The notes under the pieces are model-generated. The model saw only the letters and a list, made by a program, of their open reading frames with translations, had not been told where the DNA came from and made no database searches. The position numbers were made by a program, and so were the translations under genes. From Saccostrea cucullata (Eukaryota), in NCBI RefSeq assembly GCF_032062105.1, contig NW_026931523.1, forward strand, positions 186,001-250,000: a stretch of DNA of 64,000 bases, written 5' to 3'. Positions 50,001 through 61,599 of the stretch are shown in pieces (within the stretch, counting starts at the first letter, position 1; every line of letters starts with the position of its first letter).

Positions 50001-51355
50001 TGTCTCTCTCAAATATATGTGTCGAAAAACTTAACATTAGTGATTCTGACAAATGCAAACGGTTTCTTGAGAAGAATTTTTCGGAGGAGATGCTTGAAAG
50101 CTTTGAATCTTTAAACTTTGAGGATTTAGCTACTGTTGCGAATAAATTAACAGTAACTTTAATTGGTAGTGAAACAGAGTGCATGTATCAATTAAAGCAC
50201 CAAATTATTTTTGATGCAGTCGGTTTTTATTTTTGCACCGAATGTTTCAATGTTGCAATAAAATACTTTCCAATAGGTGCTTTTCAAAAGCATGAATATA
50301 TAAATCCTTCAGAAGAATTTTGTGACATTTTTTCTTCTCGAATCATTGATGAAGTGCATAGTGGGAATGTTTCTGAAGCCCTCTCTTGTGTTGCACTCAA
50401 ACAATACCATTTTGCACAACGCGTTTGTGATATTTTAAAATCAAAAAATGATGTGGAATCGTTTCTTCTTGAGACGGATTCAGTTACGGTCTATCCTCTT
50501 CCATCTGTATTTTGGATCAGCAAATACGAGCATATTATTTTATCGAAGTTGCTTTATGAATTGGTTCAAGAAAAGGGTCTTCTAGTTGACCACACTTTTT
50601 ATCTAGCTCGCTTTGGTGACTGTTGTGCAAATGACGAAAATTTTCTTAGAAATACGGCAAAAACTGTATTCAATTCGACGACAGAGATTATGAATTGTGT
50701 CTTTCAGTACAAGAATCACAAAGGAATGACAGTGTTGCACATTGTCCTTACATCCGAAAGACCTGATTATGATGCATATTTGATAATTAAAAAGTTACTG
50801 GAGGACTGCAAGTCCAAAACGTTGTGTGATTCAGACAAACAATGTGCCGTTTACTTTGCTGCAAATGAAGTACGATACAGTAGAATTTTATGTATTTTGG
50901 CATTGTTTGATAGCAAAATAGATATTAAAAAATCTTTCCCAAATGACACATCTCCAATTCATATAGTTTTGAAACTAATGAATGATAATTCTCATAAAAG
51001 TGTTCCTTTTCAACTAGAAATGCTGATCCGTGTTTGTATTTTCATAATATATGGAGTGGATTCGAAAATGAAGAAATCAAATGATCGTCGGTCAGTAAAA
51101 GATATGTGCAAAAATACAAATTGCAAATATATAAAAGAATTGTTATGCTCAAACATTTCAAAAAGTCAAAAGAGAATGTCAGAGCTTATTCAAACATTGT
51201 TGAGAGAACTTCCTGTCAAGGACCGAAACGAGAAAGTGCTTGAGGAACATGTACTTAAATCTGAGGGGCGATTGGATAAATCGCTAAGAAATGCAATTTC
51301 TTTGGCTGTACAGCAACTAGCCGGATATATACATCTGTCGGAAAATGAACGTTGA
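38016..51355 (+). CDS. Receptor R2: paralog of R1 (Cys-rich ectodomain, TM, STAND NTPase, ankyrin repeats); ~1002 aa
   Basis: Exons 38016-38069, 38841-39072, 39192-39305, 39925-40039 (GC donor), 42305-42399 (TM YIYFLIVFVITACFVFVPVFVVCMC), 42713-42742, 42895-42936, 45252-45284, 47297-47332, 47636-47680, 48912-48947, 49179-51355 give one continuous frame. Walker A GPPGYGKT, Walker B LIYIDN, LFITAK, GPIGFPLCAHLYAC (shared with R1). The micro-exon set is less certain than the rest. Confidence 0.8.
38445..38610 (+). mobile_element. Penelope-like retroelement fragment
   Basis: Remnant KEKLQ...RNGVNQMWILKNLKEFSENSKSQNF, typical of the region N-terminal to the RT of the family seen at 27290-28170. 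Confidence 0.65.
41496..41561 (-). mobile_element. tRNA-derived SINE head (decayed)
   Basis: Minus strand CGTGGCTCAGTAGT (A box)...GTGTTCGAATT (B box); no full cloverleaf. Confidence 0.45.
41674..41794. repeat. Short inverted-repeat (MITE-like) element
   Basis: TTTTTTATATAAAGTGGGTCTTCGTACCATTTTTT ... AAAAAATGGTACGAAGACCCACTCCATATAAAAAA. Confidence 0.8.
45918..46218 (-). mobile_element. Near full-length tRNA-derived SINE
   Basis: Minus strand starts ACCGTAGCCTAGTGGCAGAGCG (A box) ... GGGTTCGATTC (B box), then a conserved body and a CAAT-type tail. Confidence 0.8.
46240..47040. mobile_element. Tandem pair of a hairpin-headed non-autonomous element
   Basis: Copy 1 (~46240-46670) has the hairpin GGGCAACATGCGTTTTGTCG..AAACTGTTTGCC..GGCAGACAGTTT..CGACAAAACGCATTTTGCTC; copy 2 (~46672-47040) has the hairpin tip deleted. 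Confidence 0.75.
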
Positions 51356-54300
51356 ATACTGTGTTAAGAAACGAAAAGTGTTAAACATTTTCAGTAAACC
51401 CTATGTTTTATTAAATTTTTCCTACCCCTAAAATAGTTAATCTTTACCATATTAACATCATTCTGTATTATTTTCAAAGTATCTTATTGTATATTAAATA
51501 TTTACATTTAAATGCATTTATATGACGGTTACCAAATTGCTTAAATAAAAAGCATGACAAATGATAGTATATGATTGTTTGAAAATGTTTATGGAGCACA
51601 TCATACATATAGATGTATATGTACATCTACAAGTAATTACAGTCCTTTGATCGAATAAATTTTCAATATCTCTGCAAAGAACGGTAATTTGTATTTTTTA
51701 TTCCAGGTGTAAGTGCGTCATTTTACCTTTGTTAACCTCATCTATTATTTTAAACACATGATATGCAATCCTAAATAAAACTTTTGATTTACACTGTATA
51801 CCAATATTTGTATTTTTTATAATATACATGTATTTATCTATTATATTGTTTTTTTAATAAAACATATTTACATTAATTAAAAGTGTCAAATAAAAGGAAA
51901 GTCACAAGCCAATATCTGAAATGAAATCTAAATAAATGTAAAATTTATGAAATGCTTAAGAAAACTGCTTTAGACTTTATTTTAGATGTATTTATTTGTT
52001 GTTAGATTGTATGCATTTCTGTACCGGATCTTCATTCATTAGATCTATTGGCAAGTTAATTTAGCATTTTACGATATATAATCCTACTTTGTTTTCTTTT
52101 AAAGCGCTAAGCACGCATGCGCAATTAGGCGCTAAGCGCGCATGCGCAAGCGCTTTATAGGGTGTCTTCAGTTTCCATTATGATTTTCACGATCTTTTTA
52201 TCAACGCCCTCTACCGACCGCATTTATCAGGGCTGCATTCAATACCATTTTTGCTAGTAAACGTAAGCGTAGTTTAATATATTGCTATATACCCAGTTGT
52301 TTTGAAAAGACAGCTCGTCTACCGGTCAGATGTTAAAATAAATTCTATTTTAAATCATTTCATTAATAACTAATATATGGATAAAAGCATGCAAAAATTG
52401 AATGTTTGAGATTTTACGATTAGATAAAGAACATTCCTTCAGTTAGTTTACTGGTATATACAGAATGTCGCGTGATGCAAAGTGTCATCCAAGTAGGTTT
52501 GCAGGATTTCAAATTTAGCATAACTATTTATAATGTTTATTCTTTACGTGGCTGCTATTCTTGTTCAAATTTCGTATCTGTACTTAATATTTATCTAAAA
52601 CTAAGATCCTGAACGCGCCCTCTATAAATACTGATATAATTATGTAAACAAATGGGTTCTATAATGCTTTTGCAAGGGCTACTATTGTTGACCTAAATTA
52701 TCTCCGTGTTGTAATATGGTTCTTTTTAAAGGTGATTATATATATATTTTTAAATAATGTATATTATGTTCCCAAAATGACGCACTTTATTACGCGGAGT
52801 GATACATTTTTAAGCGTTTAGACAGCCTACAAAATACAGCGCCACTTAGGAAGTTATATAACTGTACCAGGGACCTATGTCCCTGACTGTACTAATCGTC
52901 TAAAAATATACAACAGTTACTGGAAATCCCCCACTCTCTGTTGGCTACTATAGTGAAGGAGTTATCATAATAGGTGTTAATTAGTACAGTTGATATTTAT
53001 AATTTAATTTTCGTATGTTCGGAAATCCTGCGTTAGTGGATAAGTGCCGTTCTTATCTCTGAACAATATGTATAATATGGTGCGTATTAATAAGTATAGG
53101 CAAACACTATAATATTTCACAAATCTTATTTCTGCAGTGGTAATTCGAAAAAGTAAATGACCATACATTTTTATAATATATATTGATACAAGTACCGAAA
53201 AAAGATTTATGCGTACGTGTATTTTAAAGTCTCATTAAGATTTCATGATTATTAAAAAATCAAATTGGAATTAAATCTTTTAGAAGTATAATCCCATAAA
53301 AAATTATTTAATTACGTTCTATATGTAGTTTGTATCTACATTTTGAAGTTTCATTACATAATTTTTCACGCCCTCTTCTGCATAAGCCTTTATTTGAAAC
53401 AATGTAAATACAAACAGGGAATTTTATTATCACACTTGCATTTCGCAGGGGGCTATAATGATTTTACAACATCAAATTATCCTTTAGTAGCACAAACTTG
53501 ATTAACGCATTTATATATAGAGTCTACATTTGTTTTGTAGGTTTTTATTTTTAGCAAAATAATTTGATGCAAAAAAATCCTTTTTACTGAACGCTTGGGT
53601 GTTGGGCGTTTTAATGTGGTATTTTTTTCTAAATAGAAGAGTATTTGATTTAACATTTTTATTAAATAAAAATATTGACTAATCGGCTTTAAAAATGTCG
53701 GTAAAAATAAATTATAATTCATGTGTATGAGAGTCAGAGATGAAGGATCAAAGGTACTTCTGGACAGGACTCCCCCTTTTATATTGTACACATGATGAAT
53801 AAGGGTAATAAATATAATTTGTGAAAATGTCCAACAAGCCCTGGGGTTGAGTATTGAGGGGTGGGGATCCTGTCCACAAGTACTTGTGTGAAGGATAATA
53901 CATGTAATGGTTTTTCATCGAAATGACAAAGAGACAAATGTAATATCTTTAAACCCATCGATATATACATTGGCAAAGTAATCTGAAAAATGTAGTAAAG
54001 TCTTCGGGGATTTTTGTAACATGATGATATCAACATGCTGCACGAGGTTGGATTGGTATCACAATAAATGTAAAATATGAAAAAAAATTGTCATCATGTT
54101 ATTGAAGTGTAGCATATTCAAAACAAAATTTAAAAGTTCAATTTTTATTCATTATTTATATACCCAGAAACGTGTAATGATTGTTTGTATATATTACAAG
54201 CTCCTAAGCTTGGAATTTTCATTTTGTAAAACCTTATTTATATAAATTATAGCTTTATAAATATTTATGAAGAGGAGAAAAATTTTAAAATATACTAAAA

Positions 54301-55822
54301 ACCGTTCAAACAAAATATTATGCCATATTTTAAAAATCGTTAATTCATAATCCTAATATATTTAATTATTAAAGATGGAACAAATGAAAAATAATACTTC
54401 ATTTCTCCCTGTACAGTTTCAAACACAACCGCCAATAGATCGATCGCCCCTGAGGCCGATAATAACAAATAAAGATGACGACAGCCATTTTTGAATTTTA
54501 GTACGAATAATATTCTTCATATTCTTGAAAGTAGAATGATTTGTTGTTCAAAATTTCATTAGAAGGGTTTGTGTTCTCCTTTTTACATTCCAGAGAAAGA
54601 TATCAGGAACTTTTTTTTGTATTCCAAATTTGTCGAAAAACAATAAAAGAAAACTAATGCAGAGCTTATTATCTGAAATTAGGTAAGTCAGAAGAAAAAA
54701 AAATCGGATTGTAATATTGATATTAATTGAATTTTATCGCAGAAATCTGGATCCACAATGCAACATAGGCAATCTTGTTCTTCGAAGACGGGTAACAGTG
54801 TTACTGTCATATGGTGCGACAAACAAAGAAGGGTTAAAAATGTAATATCACTTACTTAAATAAGATTGCACAGAGATAGTAAATAAGATTCTCTTTGTTA
54901 ATTTTTTTTTCATTTTTTAAGACTTTGTTATAGTAACACAACTTCCATTTGATGTAATTTAACGTAACAGTCAAGGCGATCAAGAGGCGGGTTTAGTTGA
55001 ACCATGCTTAGCGCTTCCCAGTACTGTCCGTACTTTGATTTAGATTTCAATTTACTAAGTATTATTTTACGCAGCCAGTATTTGTACCAACATAACTGGG
55101 AATCAAAGATCCTTGCACATTACAGTCAACCAAATATTTTTCGCGTTTTTAGTTCATCTAGTCATATCGTCTATGATCAGTAGAAGTCTACTTGTACATT
55201 GAAGGTTCCTGGTAAGTTATAGATACAATATTATAAGGCATATATACATAGTAAAACGTATGAAAGCATATTTGAAAATGTCAAAGAAATTTTGCACCAA
55301 CAATATTACTCTAGGCCAAACGTTTCTCTTAAAAAAGATTGGGGGTTGAGGGTGGTAACAAAGTGTAATATTAGCTTTAGAAAAATGTACCAAGCCAGGT
55401 GAATTTTAAGTGGAAGATCAAAATGACCAAAAAATAGCAATATCACACAGGCTGATTTTTACCATTTAGCTTTTCCTAATAAAATTCATCAGGCTTGGTA
55501 TATTTTTCTTAAGTTTATATTACACTTTTTGCACCATGTTAACTTATTCTGAAATTTGTTTTCACCTGTAAACCTTTGCTAAATGTGAATTGTCTATATT
55601 TGTTTTTTCATTGAATATTATTACTTAATATTTTTCAAGTCTTTTTCATATTCCAGTTCTTAGGAGAAAAATTTTAAGAGCAATCCATATTTCTAAATAT
55701 GTGACATGATATTAAATCTTTTTCAAAGAAAAAAAAATGCTTGTTTCATCTGTCCTTAATATTTATGAATGTCGTTTGGTCACCTGGCGCATGCAGAAAG
55801 CAAGTTACCTTACATAATTTCA

Positions 55823-56274
55823 CAGGCGCGGATCCAGAAATTTTTCAAAGGGGGGGGGTTGAAGTTATTTTCAAAAGGGGGGGGGTTGAAGGCAAAAACA
55901 GTTAAAACGTACGTTGTACACATACACGTAGTTTAATAACTCAATAGAATTTCGATACAGGGTAGAGTATGGTTATTGAAAGTGGGAAGTTGATCAATTT
56001 GGGAAAAACTACTTGTATACATTACCAGAAAGTTTTTGAAAAAAGAAGGAAAATAAGTCTCCTACTCTGAAAATCCTATTTTGTAAAGGGGTGGGGTTTT
56101 ATTTTGTTTCTACAACCGAATTTCTTTATATATTACAACATTAGCCTTTCACCTTACATTTTGTACAGTAAAACACAACCAAAAAATTGGAACTTTCTTA
56201 TTACTCTTTCTTTTTTGCAAATCCAAAGGGGGGTTGCAACCCCCGTAACCCCCCCCCCTCTGGATCCGCCACTG
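55823..56274. mobile_element. MITE with CAG..CTG termini and 5-bp TSD (hAT5-like)
   Basis: CAGGCGCGGATCCAGA ... TCTGGATCCGCCACTG, flanked by TTTCA at 55818-55822 and 56275-56279. Confidence 0.75.
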
Positions 56275-56844
56275 TTTCATGTTATTAAAACATCACTTTA
56301 CAAGGATTTGATCTATCATAAGAAAATTTACTGTAAATTATAAATACATAAAATAAACATTTAAAATCAGTGTAAATAAATTATTTTATATATGGTAAAT
56401 AAGTAAGGCTAGACATATTTTTTAAAAGCTTAGTAGCTCAAAATAAAACCTTTTTAAAAAAAAAATGGAGAAATGTACTCGTGTTAGTCTTATAAGTATG
56501 TTTTCCACATTTGCTTGTTTGTTCTGGGTCATGGTTTAACAGTAGCCCTCAACAGTATATAGATATAACCATGATTTGCCTTTTTACTAAATAAATAAAT
56601 TTCTTTTTCAACATTTGACAAGCCGTCACAATGTGCAACTCTTGACGTGAAAATGTGCAGAAAATGACGTCGAAGTGGCGGTACAGAGACATAATATTTC
56701 GTACACATCTTTGCAGATATATGCTTTTCAGATTCTATGAAAGTTGTAACTCAAGTCTAAACCAATCAGGGAGCTTGTAATAAATGATAAAAATAATATT
56801 TAGATTATTTCTTCATGTACATACTTCTCAGACTTTCATAAAAT

Positions 56845-57050
56845 GGACATTTTAATATGAAAGGCAATTCGTCTTCAATATCATTAGAAGAGCAAAGTGT
56901 TTAAATTCTTTGGTATCAGATCTATTAGTATTATTATATCTACCAGTTTTATTTTCTAATCGGTGGTTTGATAATCTAATCTTTGTGAGCATTCTCTTAT
57001 ATTTAGCATCAATACGTTTTGTTAAATATGTTTGTAATACAATGTACATA
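56845..57050 (-). mobile_element. Non-LTR retrotransposon C-terminal remnant (RTE-X/CR1-like)
   Basis: YLTKRIDAKYKRMLTKIRLSNHRLENKTGRY followed, out of frame, by IEDEL; this is a typical LINE ORF2 C-terminus. Confidence 0.7.
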
Positions 57051-57125
57051 TACTGGTAGAATTGTTCTTCTTCAGAAAATGTTAAAAATAAAAAAAAATG
57101 TCTATAGATATATCAACCATCCTTT

Positions 57126-57216
57126 GATCAATTAGTTTATATGTACAATTATGAACAATGTAAGAGTCCCATAAATAGCAAAAACCCAGTAACATTGTAC
57201 ATATAAACTAATTGAT
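57126..57216. repeat. Short inverted repeat
   Basis: ATCAATTAGTTTATATGTACAAT ... ATTGTACATATAAACTAATTGAT. Confidence 0.75.
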
Positions 57217-59653
57217 TGAATCATTCAGATATATAATGTAAACAAAGTATCTTCTAACCTTCTAATGTAGATATAACAGGTCTACAAACAAACAAAGAGA
57301 TGCAGATCAGCATCAACATCTTTCCCTGCAAGGGGGAAAAGCGAATAAATAGATGCCTATGGAAAAATATTGATGTACTAGGCTAAATTAAATTTATTGG
57401 AGCTACATGTAAAAGGAAATGCGATAAAAGCATTCCTAATTTACATGTTTTGGTATTGTTGACACTACAGGAAATGATAGTAAATAAACATTTCAAGAGC
57501 ATATTTTAATTCTTGAAGTACCTGTTACATGTACATGTATAAATGAGGTATAACATCACAGATTAGTACAGATTGCACATGTACAAGGCTTAAAAGCTTG
57601 TGAAGAGCCAGTTTATATGTATGAACGTGTAAATTCATTGACTAGAGGCTTGGTGTGGAGTTGGAGTCAAATATTGGAGTCGAGAGTTCTTAGAATATTT
57701 TCAAGTTATGAAAGAAATATGCATTTTCAAGAAAATAAATCAAAAATATAAAAGTTTTATGTACTTGTTGGCTGTTCTGTATCTTATAACTAAATAGATT
57801 GCTAAATTATATTATATGACCTTCTCTAAGAGACAATGTTTTTTAACAGGGTTTTCATTATCTATTATGGAACTGACAATTTATTCAATGTAAAAAAGAA
57901 TGCTACCAAATAAATTAACACTTTGCTTTTACTTGAAGTGTATTACGGCCCATATATAATTTTGTTATTTTTTAGGGCGAGGGAGTGATAGCTTGTTAGT
58001 ATGGCAGTCATTGTGTTTCTTTTAATGCAATGACATAAAGAAGTACATGTAAGTGGTACTTCAACTACACCATACTATATACCAATAAAATGTGGTATGT
58101 GTGTGCAACTTATTTAAATCTTATATATATATATATATTAAATTTTACATGGTACAATGTAGGATATGAATATGTGAATAATATATATTTTATAAATGGC
58201 CATGATCTATGAACCTCAAATCCTTTTATAGAATTGTCAATACAAAAAAAAATCTAGGACTCCAAACTCCAATTCAGTCCCCAGTGCATTCGTTTGCTAT
58301 TTATTTGTTTGATACGAAATTAAAGTGTCAACACCTCTTAGTAGGTTTGTCCATCTGTTTGGGGTTGGAGTGTAGGATCATATCACCTAGTATAGTTATG
58401 CTCTAGAGTAGTGGCATAAAATGTCTTGGCGACATCAATTCTGTTTCATGTTTCATTTTTAACACCTCCTTAAGTTTTAAGCTTAAGAGTGACATTTTCA
58501 GATCGTTAAAAAAATAGTTCTTTATTTAACTTTCTGTACTGATAGTATAGACGTTTTTTCATTTGTTTTATTCATTTATTCTCCCAAAAATTATATGAGT
58601 GGTAGAGGAGGTACATATATACCCATTTACAATAACTATGGTAGAACAGAAACTACAGGAGGACAGACAGCATAAAAATGTGGCGATAAATATACACAAT
58701 TTTCTTCCGAATGCAAAATCAGTATTTGTATTCAAATTATAGTACACCCTTTCATTTCATTCAAAATTAATCTATCTATCCACCTCTATCCACCTCTATA
58801 TCCACCAGTCCCTGTGGTTACGGCAAAGCGTGAAAATAAGGTGTTAGAAATGCAAAGAATTAACTAATAGCAATATAAAATGAAAGTTGTTTAAATCTGT
58901 TAAATTTTGTTTCAAATGAAAGGGTCAATGCATGATGATTCAATCAGAAAAGGAATAAAATTGAAGAAAAAAGACAAAATACATGGAAACATTTAAAATG
59001 TTATTAAAGAGGCATTGTTTCAGAGACTCACATGAAATCCTTTTGTAAAATAACTGAGTTGGTGAACAAATTGAGCTATTCAAGTGTAGATCAGATCATA
59101 ATATGCTGAAATATCTTTCGAATTAAGTGTTCGTACAAATATTTTGATGACCATTCAGCTGTTTTAAATCATTTAAATTAGTCCTCAAACTTCTTATCAC
59201 CCCATGACTTTTATATGTAGGATTATTTAATGATCAAGGTATTTACCCCCCCCCCCTCCAAAAAAAGTGAACTCCAAATAGTTTGAAAAATCAGACCTGA
59301 TTCACTCCCAAGAGATACATTGCAGTAGTGATGGGAACTTTCTTGCATCTAATAGATTTCTTCTTTCAGCAACAATTACGTCATTTAGAGCATAATTTTT
59401 TACGTAGGTGAATTTTAGAAGTTTATTTTTCTTTTGTAATTGATTATCTATTTGCTGCATAAACTTAATTTCATGACAATAAATCTTGAAGTTGTGAATT
59501 TTAATCAAATATGATGGCGCATGATATTGGTTAAAAAAACCAATAAAATATATTTAATCAAAATGAATGCCTGTTTTCTGAAACACCCTGTATACCTGGC
59601 AGGTCGTTAAAATAAACAGCATATCTTTTGTGTTCACCCTATATTCACTTAAA

Positions 59654-61156
59654 CGGAAGCCCAATAGTGCAAACGAAATTATTAAATAAAAAACGAAATT
59701 AATATAAAAATGCAAACGAAATTATTCAATAAAGAAAAACAAAATTAAGACATGAATGCAAACGGAATTATTAAATAAACAAAAACGAAAATGATATATA
59801 AAGAAAATAAAATTAATAAAAGTATAGAAAAACTAAAACTAAGATACGGAATTTATAGATGTGCACAGGAAGGGTCTGAACCCCTAAATCGTATGTGCAC
59901 CGCGTATGATAGATTTTGTTTCGACAATAAACAAGCGAGAGGTTTGCCTTTACATTCACCCTTTCCTATATCGAAAACATATCCATTACAGAAAATGGAT
60001 TGGGAGAATTTAACCTTTGATATCTAATTGCAATTATTTAAGAAAATATGAACGTTAAGATTCCGTCGTTTACAACTCGTATTGTTGAATTTTTAACATT
60101 CAGGAAATTCCCTTATCCATTATTCAACTATCGCACAATACATTCAGTTGAAAATGCTGTAAAATAATTCGTTATCGATCGGACGTGGGTTTGTTTGACA
60201 TTATAAAAAATGTTTAAAGAAAACATTTGCAAAAAGTAAAACAAGTCAAAGTGGTTACAAGAAGTAGATTTTAATGATTGCTTACTATATAAAAAATAAA
60301 GCATATCACCTTCAGTTGATTCTTTTGTCTTATCAACGCATAATTAGAGGTGATGTACTGGCTACTAGTACTTGTTCTCACATATTATAAATGTCCAACT
60401 CTCAATCTGTACTATTTATAAGTCAGTGGTATTATATTATATAGTTCTTGTTCTCATATATTTTAAATGACAAACTCTCAATTTTGTATTTATAAGTCGG
60501 TGATATTTGTGAAATAATGCACACTCTTGTGAACAACAAATTCCACAAAGTAATCAAATCATTATTCTTTTTCAGTTTCAAAAATTTAAGATTTATTGGT
60601 ACACAGATCGGACGCTAGTTTAAGTTCGTGGAGATACGCAAGGTCTTGACCTTTCAGCGATTCAAGCGCTGTTTTGAATTGGATGTCATTAATTTTAATC
60701 AAGCAGAAACGCCACCCTCATGATCCTCTGTGCATAATGCCACACATCAACAAATTATGTATACCGTTAAACAATCATCGACATTTACTTCAAACATTAG
60801 ATTGAAGTATTTGTTTCAGTTGATATTTTCTCTTTCTCCCTCACTCTCCTTTTTGTTTAATAATTTCGTTTTTCTTTTTTTTAATAATTTTGTTTTTCTA
60901 TATTCAATAATTTCGTTCTTTTTATTTCGGTTTTCTTTATTTAATAATTTCTTTTGGCTTTATATATTAATTTCGTATTTCTTTATTTAATAATTTCGTT
61001 TGGCTTTATAATCAATTTCATTTTTCTTTATTTAATAATTTCGCTTGCATTCATTTCTTAATTTTGTTTTTCTTTATTATTGAATAATTTCGTTTGCATT
61101 TATATATTAATTTCGTTTTTCTTTATATATTTTTGGTTTGCACTATTGGGCTTCCG
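59654..61156. mobile_element. Foldback-type non-autonomous DNA transposon with repeat-rich TIRs
   Basis: CGGAAGCCCAATAGTGCAAA ... TTTGCACTATTGGGCTTCCG termini; subterminal AAACGAAATTATTAAATAAA-type arrays are mirrored at both ends; right flank TA, left flank AA. Confidence 0.85.
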
Positions 61157-61358
61157 TACACTTACGTGATCTTTAAAATGTAAACTACCTGCCTACGCAT
61201 TCTTATGCTTAATGGAGGACTCGTATGGTTTGCATTATTCATTATTTATTAATATATAATCAATAAGACATTTTTTTAGCGAGATAAGATTTTTAAAAGA
61301 TGATTCTTGGATTTGCTGGTCATTGATTTAAATGAAGGTGTATTTACAAAAAAGTTTA

Positions 61359-61373
61359 TCTACTTTCGTTTTC
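61359..61373. promoter_or_regulatory. Conserved IRF-element-like motif upstream of R3
   Basis: TCTACTTTCGTTTTC (reverse complement GAAAACGAAAGTAGA). Confidence 0.6.
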
Positions 61374-61599
61374 GTCTGACATTGAATCATATTTAAGCCA
61401 TAAAACGTCAATCAAAAAAGAAATCTTTAAATTAATTGATATTTTAAAATAAAGAAGGACCCATATCCATATCCTGGAAATTGACATTCATGACATTGAT
61501 GATATATTTGTGAAAATATCAGCAGTTTGTGAAATCACTCCTCAAAATATGATCTTGGGTCTGTGTCAACTGTAATTTAAGAAGAAGAACGAATATAAA

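Noticed and set aside
59654-61156. CRISPR-like array in the AT-rich repeats
   Set aside because: Eukaryotic context, degenerate repeats, no unique spacers; these are transposon subterminal repeats.
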